NCBI GenBank assembly: GCA_023247255.1
Contig: JAHFGV010000007.1
Location: 6,602-70,601, forward strand
Length of the DNA: 64,000 nt
Reading direction: 5' to 3'
Source of the DNA: Candidatus Omnitrophota bacterium
GTDB lineage: Bacteria > Omnitrophota > Gorgyraeia > Aquiviventales > Aquiviventaceae
Below, in pieces: positions 18,931 to 28,660 of the stretch (the first letter of the stretch is position 1; each line of letters starts with the position of its first letter). Under the pieces are notes generated by a model. That model was not told the DNA's origin. It was given only the letters and a program-made list of their open reading frames with translations, and searched no databases. The position numbers and the translations under genes are program-made.

Positions 18931-20005
18931 ATTGAAAACCCTCAGCAGATGTATCGTGGAAACAGATATCCGGGAGATCGCAAACCGACTGGGCGATGAC
19001 GTCCAGTTGTTTGCTGACCAGGCTATCTTGGTGTGTGGTGGAGCCGGATTTCTTGGACGTTATTTCACCGCTTTATTTACTTATCTCAACGACGAGGTAT
19101 TGACTCAGCCTTGTCGTATCATTGTCTGTGACAATCAGGTAACCTCTGAGGCACAAGGTTTCAACAGCCCCCGACCCGATGGGTTTCAATTCCTCCCCCG
19201 AGACATCATTCATCCCTTCACGATAGATGAACCGGTCGATTACATCATCCAGGCAGCCGGCATCGCCAGTCCCCACTACTATCGAAAATATCCTTTGGAA
19301 ACGTTGGAAGTGGCTACCCTGGGCACCAAACATGCCTTACTGCTTGGCTCAAGGCTTGCCTTGAAGGGATTTCTTTTCTTCAGCTCAAGCGAAATCTACG
19401 GAGATCCAGATCCACAACACGTTCCCACCTGTGAATCTTATCGGGGGAATGTCTCCTGTCACGGCCCCAGGGCTTGTTATGATGAGTCCAAGCGTCTGGG
19501 GGAAACCCTCTGTATCATCTTCCATGAACGTTATGGGGTACCCGCCAAAATCGTGCGGCCGTTTAATGTGTATGGTCCAGGGATGCCGGAGAATGATTAC
19601 CGCGTGTTGTCGAATTTCGCCAGCAGCATCATCGGGGGACGTCCCCTGCATGTGTATGGAACCGGACGGCAGACGCGGACATTTTGTTACGTCACAGACG
19701 CGCTGGTGGGTTTCATCAGGACACTGCTTCATGGAAAGCCGGCTCAGGCATACAACATCGGAAGCCCATCCCCTGAAGTCTCTATGCTCCAGTTGGCGCA
19801 AGAGCTTGAAACGCTCACCGGCCGTCGGTTGGATATAAAATTGAGGGAATACCCAGACTCTTATCCTGCGGATGAGCCGCAGAGACGATGCCCCGATATC
19901 GGCAAGGCCCGGCTGCACTTCAACTATCAACCGCAAGTCAACCTTCAGGAAGGCCTAAAACGATTTATGGATTGGGCAGCGACTTGTTACACGGGCTCGC
20001 CCTAG
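18881..20005 (+). CDS. UDP-glucuronate decarboxylase-like NAD-dependent epimerase/dehydratase (start possibly TTG 18932)
   Basis: GGAGFLG, AGIASP, SSSEIYGDP, GPRACYDESKR, QTRTFCYVTD. Confidence 0.9.
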   Translation: MMGGVSSFRFPTSRFTELKTLSRCIVETDIREIANRLGDDVQLFADQAILVCGGAGFLGRYFTALFTYLNDEVLTQPCRIIVCDNQVTSEAQGFNSPRPDGFQFLPRDIIHPFTIDEPVDYIIQAAGIASPHYYRKYPLETLEVATLGTKHALLLGSRLALKGFLFFSSSEIYGDPDPQHVPTCESYRGNVSCHGPRACYDESKRLGETLCIIFHERYGVPAKIVRPFNVYGPGMPENDYRVLSNFASSIIGGRPLHVYGTGRQTRTFCYVTDALVGFIRTLLHGKPAQAYNIGSPSPEVSMLQLAQELETLTGRRLDIKLREYPDSYPADEPQRRCPDIGKARLHFNYQPQVNLQEGLKRFMDWAATCYTGSP

Positions 20006-20089
20006 TGTTGCGTCATGTTTCATGTGTCATGAAAGGTTTTCCACGGCTGCTGTCGTTCCATAACACATGACACATCAACCCTGACACAG
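20003..20089. repeat. Small element with CATGTGT heptamers
   Basis: Right end AACCCTGACACAG is the reverse complement (one mismatch) of the left end at 57803. Confidence 0.55.
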
Positions 20090-20095
20090 TACTGG

Positions 20096-20238
20096 CAGGA
20101 TGCTGAAAAACCCATTTTGGCTCAGGGTTCTGGGTTCGGGGCTCAGGGCCGTGCGTGTGATCAGCATCAATGATTTGTATTCTTGCCCACAGCCCAGAAC
20201 CCTGAGCCCTGAGCAAACAGGAGTTTTTCCGCAGCCTG
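20096..20238. mobile_element. MITE family B containing CAGGGTT/AACCCTG heptamer arms
   Basis: Ends CAGGATGCTGAAAAACCCATTTTGG / GAGCAAACAGGAGTTTTTCCGCAGCCTG shared with 42331-42498. Confidence 0.82.
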
Positions 20239-20265
20239 CCAGCGTTCGCTTCACGCCAGCCACCT

Positions 20266-21267
20266 ATGGTTAGCGACCCTGTACGTATCGGCTTAATCGG
20301 TGTTGGACGATGGGGCAAAGTGTACCTGCGTACTTTGCTCTCGATGGAATCCCGCTGCCGAGTGACGCATCTGGGAACCAGTCAACCTGCCCATGCGGGT
20401 TTGATCCCGTATCCCGTTGTGGTTACGGCCGACTGGGAACAACTGATTTCTTCTGAGTGTGACGCAGTCATCATTGCCACGCCTGCGCACACCCATGCGG
20501 CAATCGTTGAGGCGTGCGTAACGGCAGACAAGCCCTGTATGGTCGAGAAACCCTTTTGCACGGATGTCGGCACCGCCGAACACCTCAACCAGAGAATCCA
20601 AAAAACAGGCATCCCGATTTTGGTGAATCACACCCATCTGTTTGACCCAGCCTACCCAATCTTGAGACAGACGATCGCAACAGCGGGTGAGCCTATTCGC
20701 TTGATCATCTCTGAAGGAATGAACCTTGGGCCATTCAGAAAACAAATCTCCGCGCTCTGGGATTGGTGTCCGCACGATTTCAGCTTGTGTCTGGATTTGT
20801 TGCAAGAGTTCCCGGATCGAATCGGTGCGCTTTCTGGTCCGCAAAGTCCCGATGGATTGTCCGAACAGGTCGCTATCCGTCTTGACTTTCCAAGCGGTGC
20901 CTGTGCCTGGATCCACGCAGGAGGCCTGTCACCGTACAAGCGCAGGGGTTTGAGCGTATTCACAGACACCCATCTCTATGAATGGAATGTAACGGCCAAA
21001 TCGTTGACTCTAGCCCGTTTTGATTTTTCCCATCGGTATGCCGAAAAAACAGACGTTTTTCCCGATTCTTTGCAACGTTCTGAACTGTCTTTCCCGCAGG
21101 ATTCCACACCCATGGCTGAGGCGATCGCTTACTTCTTGAATGGCATCCGGGGTGGGGACCAGCGTTATTTCGGCACCCAACTGGCGGTGGAAGTCACTCA
21201 TCTACTGGCGGCTTGTGACGAAATCTTTCAGACCAGAAGCCTACGGATGCCATGCATAAAGTCGTGA
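20266..21267 (+). CDS. Gfo/Idh/MocA family oxidoreductase
   Basis: IGLIGVGRWG, IATPAHTH, VEKP, DWCPHD. Confidence 0.9.
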   Translation: MVSDPVRIGLIGVGRWGKVYLRTLLSMESRCRVTHLGTSQPAHAGLIPYPVVVTADWEQLISSECDAVIIATPAHTHAAIVEACVTADKPCMVEKPFCTDVGTAEHLNQRIQKTGIPILVNHTHLFDPAYPILRQTIATAGEPIRLIISEGMNLGPFRKQISALWDWCPHDFSLCLDLLQEFPDRIGALSGPQSPDGLSEQVAIRLDFPSGACAWIHAGGLSPYKRRGLSVFTDTHLYEWNVTAKSLTLARFDFSHRYAEKTDVFPDSLQRSELSFPQDSTPMAEAIAYFLNGIRGGDQRYFGTQLAVEVTHLLAACDEIFQTRSLRMPCIKS

Positions 21268-22088
21268 GAAAATTTCTTCGCGTGGTCGCCGATCACGATC
21301 CGGATTATTACGATATGCATGAGGATCCTAACGAAGCCTTCTTCGCCCAGCTCTATGTGGAACGTATCCTCCAGCATATTAAGACCGCGGGCATTCGCCA
21401 GCCAGCGACGGTGTTAGAAGCCGGATGCCAAACGGGCCGCTTGGTAATCCCCTTGGCTAAAGAGGGCTTTGACGTAACGGGCATTGACACCTCCGGATTC
21501 GCCTTGCGAAGGGCACAGAGGCATCTCAAAAAACTCGGCCTTCGCGCTCATTTTATCCAAGGGGATCTGATAGAAATCTTGAGAAAACATCCTCAGTGGC
21601 AGTATGATGTAGTGGTGTGTGCCGAAGTGGTTTATCTTTCGCGTGCCTATCGAACGATGTTGCGACTCTTAGCCAAGGCTGTCCGAGCCGGGGGCATTCT
21701 GTGCGTTTCCCATCGACCGGCCTGCTACTACCTTCTCGAAGCCATCCGACAGCAGGATATGGAGACTGCCGCGCAGGTCCTGCAGCGTCAAGAAGGATCC
21801 TTCCGCGATTCCTCCTATTTCAACTGGCAGACAATCCAAGAACTGAGACAGCTTTACCAAGGCTCTGGCTTGAAATGGATTGCCAGCTACCCGATTGATC
21901 GTTTTGCCTGGTTGACGGGTGTTCACCCCGCCCAATTGACTCCGTCCCAGCAGAAGGATTGGTTACAACTCGAACTGCAAGTCGCTGAGGAAACGGTACC
22001 GTACGGACGCTACATTCTCGTCATCGCATCGCCAGAGGGCAACGAAAGGGAAAAGTCCCATGCCTTTGTGTCAAGAAACAGCGCCTAG
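21252..22088 (+). CDS. Class I SAM-dependent methyltransferase
   Basis: VLEAGCQTGR, VTGIDTS, YDVVV. Confidence 0.85.
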   Translation: MHKVVRKFLRVVADHDPDYYDMHEDPNEAFFAQLYVERILQHIKTAGIRQPATVLEAGCQTGRLVIPLAKEGFDVTGIDTSGFALRRAQRHLKKLGLRAHFIQGDLIEILRKHPQWQYDVVVCAEVVYLSRAYRTMLRLLAKAVRAGGILCVSHRPACYYLLEAIRQQDMETAAQVLQRQEGSFRDSSYFNWQTIQELRQLYQGSGLKWIASYPIDRFAWLTGVHPAQLTPSQQKDWLQLELQVAEETVPYGRYILVIASPEGNEREKSHAFVSRNSA

Positions 22089-22818
22089 TGTGAGAAAGTG
22101 GAATTTCGGTGCGTTCATGCGGTTTTACCCACCCATTCTGGGATACCATCGCATTGGAGCCTACCGGGGGGATCACGTTCCGACGGTTTCCACTGGCGCC
22201 TTTGAACGGCAGTTGACTTTTCTGTCCCGTTATCGCTACCGTGTGTGCAGCCTTGATGAAATCATACAGACCATCGATACCTTCGGTGATATTTCCCTCC
22301 GCAGCGTCGCACTTACTTTCGACGATGGTTATGAAGAAATCTATCACAATGCCTGGCCGCTTCTCAAACGCTTTGGATTTTCAGCGACTCTATTCGTCAC
22401 TCCCGGGGAAGTAGGACTGCCAGGGTTTGCCACATGGCAGCAAATCCAACAGATGGCTAATCAAGGGATGAGCATCGGCAATCACACCATGCATCACAGC
22501 TATCTTCCTTTGATTCAAGAAGAACAATTACATGAGGAGCTGATAGACTCAAAACTCTTGATCGAGCAACAGATCGGCCGTACGGTGCAGTTCCTCAGCT
22601 ATCCGGTCGGCGGCTTCAGTGCACAGATTAAAAATAGGGTCCGGGACGCCGGTTACGAGGCGGCTTTTACCACCAATCGAGCATTTTGTGGGAAAATGCT
22701 GGACCGTTTTGCGGTGCGTCGCGTGAAGATCACCGAACGCGATCGTTTTCCTGCGTTATTCTGGGTCAAGTTGTCCGGCTACTACGATTTCTTCCGACGC
22801 CTGAAAGCTCCATCCTGA
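22060..22818 (+). CDS. Polysaccharide deacetylase (CE4)
   Basis: PILGYH, LTFDDGY, GNHTMHH, SYPVG. Confidence 0.92.
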   Translation: MPLCQETAPSVRKWNFGAFMRFYPPILGYHRIGAYRGDHVPTVSTGAFERQLTFLSRYRYRVCSLDEIIQTIDTFGDISLRSVALTFDDGYEEIYHNAWPLLKRFGFSATLFVTPGEVGLPGFATWQQIQQMANQGMSIGNHTMHHSYLPLIQEEQLHEELIDSKLLIEQQIGRTVQFLSYPVGGFSAQIKNRVRDAGYEAAFTTNRAFCGKMLDRFAVRRVKITERDRFPALFWVKLSGYYDFFRRLKAPS

Positions 22819-22856
22819 TTTCTATTTTCTGCGAGTTTGCTTCCCGTCGTGTGTGA

Positions 22857-23033
22857 AGCCCCACGGGATGAACCTGTGGCATTGGCAAGTCCACCCCTCT
22901 CAGGAATCATGAAACCGCCTGGGAATTTTCGATTGTCGATTTTAGATTTTCGATTGGAAGCCCGCCGTTCAATCGAAAATCGACAATCGTCAATCGACAA
23001 TTCCACAGGATGAGCCTGTGGCATCGGCAATCC
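22857..23033. repeat. Composite repeat family F: REP-like hairpin + inverted TCGATT heptamer array + second hairpin
   Basis: Collinear with 51650-51790 (CCAC.GGATGA.CCTG.GGCA...GGAATCATGAAAC.GCCT..GAATTTTCGATTGTCGATTTT). Confidence 0.8.
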
Positions 23034-23138
23034 ATCATAACAAAGTGGTCGAACCACTATGGCAAACGCAATAAGTGATCAGACATTGCAGATAGTCCGT
23101 AGTTTACTACCGTCTGCGGACTACGGTCTACGTACTAA

Positions 23139-24365
23139 ATGGGTTTTGTCCCAACATTTTCTGCGTCTGTATTAGCCCCGGTGGAATTCAGGAGGACAAT
23201 AGACATCCGCATTCTGGTTACTTACGTTACCGCTGGCTCTGGCCATCGTCGAGCGGCTGAGGCAATCGCAGAGCAAATCCAATCCAGCATCCCTGGGGTC
23301 GAAATCCAATGCACCGACATGCTAGAGGAAGTTTCTTCATGGCTGAGGCAGGGCTACCCCCTGGCATATCAGTGGTTGGTGCAACGACTGACCCAACTCT
23401 GGGCCTTAGGATACGCCTTGCTCGATCATCCGATAGTCTATACAATCGCTTATCCTCTCAGACGTCGATGGAACCTGTGGGTATCCCGTCCATTCATCCA
23501 ACGGTTGCAACAGTATCTGCCGGATATGGTCATTGCCACGCATTTTTTCCCAGCAGATGTGGTTGCTTCATGTAAAAACCGCGGCTGGTTCCGGGGCTCG
23601 CTGGTCATCATTGTCACCGATCGCCATCCCCACCGCATATGGCTGAGCCCTGCGGCAGATTCGATCGTCCTCGACACCGAGGATGCCCTTAAGACGTGCG
23701 AAGAGCGGGGGATCTGCTCGACACGGCTTTTTGCATTGGGGATTCCGATGTCAGCCACTTTTGCGGCTTGCCTCAGCCACCGTCAGCAAATGCAGCGGCT
23801 TTTCCAACTCGATCCCAAGCGTTTAACGGTATTAGTCACAGGTGGGGGAACAGCGATCGGGCCTTTTGAAAAAGTCGTCACCCATCTCATGAAAATGGAA
23901 CAGGCAAGACCCGGGCGGGTTCAACTTTTGGTCGTCTGTGGCACCTCTGAGAAATTGCACCGGCGCATTCAGAGGCTTGCTGGGAAATGCCCGATGCCTG
24001 TTCGGGTCTTTGGGTTTATTGATACGATGCCTCAAGCAATGGCTGCCAGCGATCTTCTTGTGGCTAAGGCAGGGGGACTGACAGTTACTGAAGCCTTGGG
24101 CTGCGGCCTGCCCTTGATCTTCTACCATGTCATTCCCGGACAAGAACGTTCCAACGCAGAGTATGTCGTGCGCAATCACGCCGGTATGTGGGCAAGGAAT
24201 CCGAAACAGGTCTGTAGCTTCCTCGAACGTTGTTTAGAAGAACCCCAACGATTGACGGCTATGCGCCAGGCAGCCGGGAAATTGGGTCATCCCCATGCGG
24301 CAGAAGCGATTGTCTTGCAGGTGGTCAAACCCCTGTTGAGAAAAGATTCCTCTTATTCCTCTTGA
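23139..24365 (+). CDS. MGDG-synthase/UgtP-like glycosyltransferase (GT28)
   Basis: AGSGHRRAA, ATHF, GIP, KAGGLTVTEA, IPGQE. Confidence 0.9.
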   Translation: MGFVPTFSASVLAPVEFRRTIDIRILVTYVTAGSGHRRAAEAIAEQIQSSIPGVEIQCTDMLEEVSSWLRQGYPLAYQWLVQRLTQLWALGYALLDHPIVYTIAYPLRRRWNLWVSRPFIQRLQQYLPDMVIATHFFPADVVASCKNRGWFRGSLVIIVTDRHPHRIWLSPAADSIVLDTEDALKTCEERGICSTRLFALGIPMSATFAACLSHRQQMQRLFQLDPKRLTVLVTGGGTAIGPFEKVVTHLMKMEQARPGRVQLLVVCGTSEKLHRRIQRLAGKCPMPVRVFGFIDTMPQAMAASDLLVAKAGGLTVTEALGCGLPLIFYHVIPGQERSNAEYVVRNHAGMWARNPKQVCSFLERCLEEPQRLTAMRQAAGKLGHPHAAEAIVLQVVKPLLRKDSSYSS

Positions 24366-24374
24366 CCGTCGTCG

Positions 24375-25085
24375 ATGAATCCAGAGCAACGCCGTTTATT
24401 ACGAGCCACCCGCCAACACGTCGAAGGGTTGCGAAGCCTGGGCGTCAGCGCCGTTGCTTCGGATGATGCCGACGCAAACGATTCTCCTCAAGCGGTGAAA
24501 GTCTCAATGACAAACAGGACAGATCGGTTAACGAGGCTGGTAAATGAAATCACGAAATGCCATCGGTGTCCCCTTTACCGCAGCCGAACCCATGCCGTCG
24601 TGGGTGATGGTAGCCTGAATGCGTCGTTGGTTTTCGTGGGAGAAGCCCCGGGAAGGGAAGAGGATCTTCAAGGCAAGCCTTTTGTAGGCGCAGCCGGACA
24701 GTTATTGACGAAAATGATCCAGGCCATGGGACTGCGACGTGAAGAAGTCTATATCTGCAACGTCCTGAAGGATCGTCCCCCGGCCAATCGGACCCCGCTG
24801 CCTGAAGAAATCGAAGCCTGTCTGCCATTTCTCTATGAGCAACTGGAGGTTATTCAGCCTCGCGTCATCTGTACCTTGGGTGCCGTTGCCACGAAGGCTT
24901 TACTAGGGCCGTCATCTTCTATCAGCCAACTCCGAGGACAGGTTCATACCTATCGCGGAATCTCTCTTGTCCCCACTTTTCATCCCGCCTTCCTGCTTCG
25001 CAATCCTCCTGCGAAAAAGCTTGCCTGGTCCGACCTAAAGAAAGTAAAGCAACTCCTTGAGGAAGGCCCACAAGACAAGGGGTAA
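24375..25085 (+). CDS. Uracil-DNA glycosylase family 4
   Basis: CHRC, GEAPG, PFVG.AG, RPP.NR, FHPA. Confidence 0.93.
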   Translation: MNPEQRRLLRATRQHVEGLRSLGVSAVASDDADANDSPQAVKVSMTNRTDRLTRLVNEITKCHRCPLYRSRTHAVVGDGSLNASLVFVGEAPGREEDLQGKPFVGAAGQLLTKMIQAMGLRREEVYICNVLKDRPPANRTPLPEEIEACLPFLYEQLEVIQPRVICTLGAVATKALLGPSSSISQLRGQVHTYRGISLVPTFHPAFLLRNPPAKKLAWSDLKKVKQLLEEGPQDKG

Positions 25086-25102
25086 GGGGCTGACAAACAG
25101 AT

Positions 25103-27241
25103 ATGCATCATCATGCTGCTGATACCCATCCCTCCCATCAACCAGCCACTGAGACATTAGATCCTATCGTGTCCCTCGCTCCTCGCCCATCCCCGATTGC
25201 GGAAATCGCATTCAACCTGCCCCTCGAACGGTCTTTTCACTACAGCGTACCTGCCCTGTTGGCATCGCGACTCAAACCAGGGATGCGGGTTTTGGCTCCG
25301 TTCGGCTCCCGTATCCGGATGGGCTATGTGTTGCGATGGGTGGAAGACAGCCCGCTCAAGACGTTGAAGGCCATTGAGCGTATCGTCGATCCTATAGCCG
25401 TGATCGCTGAGGAACGATGGGCCTTGGCGTCTTGGCTTTCCGAATACTACTGTTGCAGCCTCGGTGAGGCACTGGCCGCCTTGGTACCAGCCCCTTTGCG
25501 ACTGACAGAACGATCGCTCAATCCCATCGATGTAAAACCGGCACAACCCCCGGTGGCATCTCCTTTTTCCCTGACACCGCATCAACAGCAAGCGATTAAA
25601 ATTATCATCGATGCGCTCAAGCCATTGAGAGCTCGTCCTTTTCAAGAACCAGTGCCAGGACTTGATTGGAATAGACAAGCGATCAACTTCAAGGACGTTC
25701 GTGTGGTTCTCTTGCACGGGGTGACTGGATCGGGGAAAACGGAGCTTTATCTACAAGCCATCACCCATGTTTTGGATCAAAAACGCTCGACTATCTGCCT
25801 GGTTCCTGAAATCGCGCTGACTCCTCAAACCGTTGACCGGTTCCGAGAGCGGTTTGGGAGTGAGATCGCCGTGTGGCACAGCCGATTAACTCAGCGTCAA
25901 CGGACCCTTGAATGGCGACGCATGGTAACGGGAGAGTGTCGTATTGTGATCGGGGCGCGATCCGCAATCTTTGCACCGGTAACTCGATTAGGGCTGATCC
26001 TCTTGGATGAGGAACATGAGCGCAGCTACAAGCAGGAGGATACCCCCCGTTATCACACCCGTGATGTCGCCCTGGCCAGGGCGTGGCTGACCCAGGCGAC
26101 AGTTCTTTTGGGCAGTGCCACGCCGTCTATCGAGAGCGCCTATCACGCCAAGCAAGGCAGCTATAAGCTCGCCTCGCTTCCCGATCGAGTTGCCAAACGC
26201 CCGTTACCCCGCATCGAACTCATCGATATGCGCGAAGAGCTGACACGGCGACACCGAGCAGGTCCGGTGTCGAATCGGTTGATCCAAACGATTCAGGACA
26301 CGATCCAGCGCAAAGGACAAGTCATGCTCTTGCTCAATCGTCGGGGCTTTGCGCGCAGCGCCCAATGCCAAACCTGCGGAATGGCTATGCGTTGCGCAAA
26401 ATGCTCCGTGCCACTGGTCTATCATGCCAGCCGGCAAGCTTTGGTCTGTCATTATTGCGGTTTTCAAGAGCCTCCACCGGAGTTGTGTCCTGCGTGTCAG
26501 AAAGGGTATCTCCGGTTTCGAGGTTCAGGCACAGAAGGAATCGAGTCACAACTGCATCGTCTGTTTCCCACAGCGGCCATTGCGCGTATGGACCGGGACA
26601 CGACTCGAGGCCGGGAAAGCCACCGTCAGCTCTATGAGGCACTGAAAACGCGACAGATCGGTCTTTTGATTGGCACTCAAATGATTGCCAAAGGATTCGA
26701 TCTACCCCACGTGACCCTGGTAGGCATTCTCTCTGCGGATACCGCTTTGAACATTCCTGATTTTCGATCTGGGGAGTTTACTTTTCACCTCTTGACGCAG
26801 ATGGCTGGTCGCTCAGGTCGTGGCGACGAACCAGGACTTGTCCTGATTCAAACCTTCTGCCCCACTCATTATGCCATTCAATCCGCCCTCCAGCATGATT
26901 ACGAACGTTTCTACGCCCAAGAAATCGAGATGCGTCAGCAGGTGGGGCTTCCCCCTTTTTCCTATTTGATTGAGCTCACATTCCATGGCTCTAACCGATT
27001 GCGGGTTCAGACGGCTGCAGAGGAATTGAGTAAGTGCCTGAGGCAGCCCTCGGTGCGGCGGCAGATGACCGTGTTAGGACCGGCCCCGCACCGCATTCCC
27101 AAGATTCGTGGGCAATATCAGGTGTGCGTGCTACTCAAAGGAAAATCAGTTCCATCGATGGTAAGCCTGCTGCGCCAGCAGCTACAATCCGGACGCAGAT
27201 TCCAGGGTGTACCGATCACGGTGGATGTGAATCCCCTCTAA
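25103..27241 (+). CDS. priA: Primosomal protein N' (start uncertain)
   Basis: GVTGSGKT, VPEIALTPQ, DEEH, SATPS, four CxxC pairs, GTQMIAKG, QMAGRSGR. Confidence 0.96.
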   Translation: MHHHAADTHPSHQPATETLDPIVSLAPRPSPIAEIAFNLPLERSFHYSVPALLASRLKPGMRVLAPFGSRIRMGYVLRWVEDSPLKTLKAIERIVDPIAVIAEERWALASWLSEYYCCSLGEALAALVPAPLRLTERSLNPIDVKPAQPPVASPFSLTPHQQQAIKIIIDALKPLRARPFQEPVPGLDWNRQAINFKDVRVVLLHGVTGSGKTELYLQAITHVLDQKRSTICLVPEIALTPQTVDRFRERFGSEIAVWHSRLTQRQRTLEWRRMVTGECRIVIGARSAIFAPVTRLGLILLDEEHERSYKQEDTPRYHTRDVALARAWLTQATVLLGSATPSIESAYHAKQGSYKLASLPDRVAKRPLPRIELIDMREELTRRHRAGPVSNRLIQTIQDTIQRKGQVMLLLNRRGFARSAQCQTCGMAMRCAKCSVPLVYHASRQALVCHYCGFQEPPPELCPACQKGYLRFRGSGTEGIESQLHRLFPTAAIARMDRDTTRGRESHRQLYEALKTRQIGLLIGTQMIAKGFDLPHVTLVGILSADTALNIPDFRSGEFTFHLLTQMAGRSGRGDEPGLVLIQTFCPTHYAIQSALQHDYERFYAQEIEMRQQVGLPPFSYLIELTFHGSNRLRVQTAAEELSKCLRQPSVRRQMTVLGPAPHRIPKIRGQYQVCVLLKGKSVPSMVSLLRQQLQSGRRFQGVPITVDVNPL

Positions 27242-27349
27242 CAGGCTGCGGAGAAAGCCCCGCAGCGCTCAAGGCTGACGATGTGGGGCACGGGGCAGGG
27301 GATGCGGGGCGGGGGGGAAGATAAAAGATACTAGTTACTGTATCTGACT

Positions 27350-27949
27350 TTAGGTGGTGAAGCCTTTTTTGATAGTACCGAGGGCATCCAGGTTGCGGAG
27401 GTTCTGCTGGGCCTCAACATCCCCTGGATGCAACTGAAGGATGCGCTCCAAACACCGACGGGCCTTAGGATCATCCCCCTGTTTCATCGAAAGATTGGAC
27501 AATCTCCTGAGCGCTACGACGTGGTTCGGATCTATGGCAAGCAATTCCTCATAAGTCTGGATCGCGGAATCGATCAAGCCCTGACGATTCAGCACTGATG
27601 CCAGACGAAGTAACAAGATTCGCGAACGGGGAGTCAGGGTTAATAGCCATTCATAAAGATGGGTGGCTTGAGCCATGCGTCCTTGCAGTTCAAAAGCTCC
27701 GGCGAACCATTGGAGAAACCACGTCAGCCCCGCGCGTCCCAGATGTTCGAACAGGGAGGGTGGCTGTACACTGTATTGTTTCTGAATGGCCAGGCGCAGA
27801 TACCGACGGGCTTCTGTAGCCTGCGGGGCTTGCTTAACCACATAGGCGAGCAAGTCAACGGCATAATCGTAGCACCCTTGGCTGAAGGCTTGGATGCCTT
27901 TGTCAAAATAGGCCTGAAGACCAGCGGGCATTAGGAGTTGAGCCATCAC
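27350..27949 (-). CDS. TPR-repeat protein
   Basis: TPR-like helices (AIQTYEELLAIDPNH, ARRCLERILQLHPGD). Confidence 0.8.
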   Translation of the reverse strand: MMAQLLMPAGLQAYFDKGIQAFSQGCYDYAVDLLAYVVKQAPQATEARRYLRLAIQKQYSVQPPSLFEHLGRAGLTWFLQWFAGAFELQGRMAQATHLYEWLLTLTPRSRILLLRLASVLNRQGLIDSAIQTYEELLAIDPNHVVALRRLSNLSMKQGDDPKARRCLERILQLHPGDVEAQQNLRNLDALGTIKKGFTT

Positions 27950-27954
27950 GGATC

Positions 27955-28016
27955 ATTATCCTCGGCAAACAATCAGGCTGTCAAGGAGTTGCATTTTTCT
28001 CGCAGCCCGATAGAAT
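27955..28016. promoter_or_regulatory. Divergent sigma70-type promoters (TPR gene / def)
   Basis: Minus: TTGACA(27984-79)-N18-GATAAT(27960-55), a few nt before the start codon; plus: TTGCAT(27989)-N16-TAGAAT(28011). Confidence 0.5.
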
Positions 28017-28072
28017 AGCAGGACAATATCAATTCCGCGAAGCGCGGATTGATGGTTTGCTGGTTAGCACAG

Positions 28073-28564
28073 ATGAGTGTTCAACGAGTCTGTATGGGGT
28101 CCCATCCTATCTTGCGGCAGAAGGCTCAGCCGGTTGAAACATTTAGCCAGTCTCTACGTCGGTTAGCCAGGGATCTTTTAGACACTATGTATGCCAATCA
28201 AGGTGTTGGCATCGCAGCGCCTCAGGTGGGATATTCCCTTCAGATCTTCATTGCTAATCCCTCTCAAGAACGCGGTGAGGAACTGATAGTCATTAATCCT
28301 GTTTTGGAAAAAGCCATTGGCCGGACCTCAATTACCGAAGGCTGCCTCAGTATTCCGGGAATCTGGAAACCGATCAAACGCGCGAAACATATCTGCATGC
28401 GCGGACAGGATATTCGAGGAAAATCTTTTGTCATCGACGCGGAGGGACTTCTAGCCGTCGTACTCCAGCATGAATTTGACCACTTGCAGGGGCGGTTGTT
28501 TATCGACCGGCTCTCATGGCTACAACGACGGGCTCTGGCTAGTGCTCCATCCCGATTGGAATGA
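28073..28564 (+). CDS. def: Peptide deformylase
   Basis: GVGIAAPQVG, EGCLSIP, QHEFDHL. Confidence 0.96.
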   Translation: MSVQRVCMGSHPILRQKAQPVETFSQSLRRLARDLLDTMYANQGVGIAAPQVGYSLQIFIANPSQERGEELIVINPVLEKAIGRTSITEGCLSIPGIWKPIKRAKHICMRGQDIRGKSFVIDAEGLLAVVLQHEFDHLQGRLFIDRLSWLQRRALASAPSRLE

Positions 28565-28633
28565 CGGGTCACCGATGCCAAAGCAGGCTATGAATGGCAG
28601 CGGACTATCCATCCGTTCGATGGAGACGGAGCA
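28543..28633. mobile_element. MITE family G, 91 bp; supplies the def stop codon
   Basis: CTAG|TGCTCCATC...GACGGAGCA|CTAG. Confidence 0.7.
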
Positions 28634-28660
28634 CTAGACAGAAACACTCCCCAAAAGGGC

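Noticed and set aside
25103-25194. Novel His-rich N-terminal domain of PriA
   Set aside because: Lies between GGGG/CCCC-type heptamer arms; probably repeat-derived, and the start is uncertain
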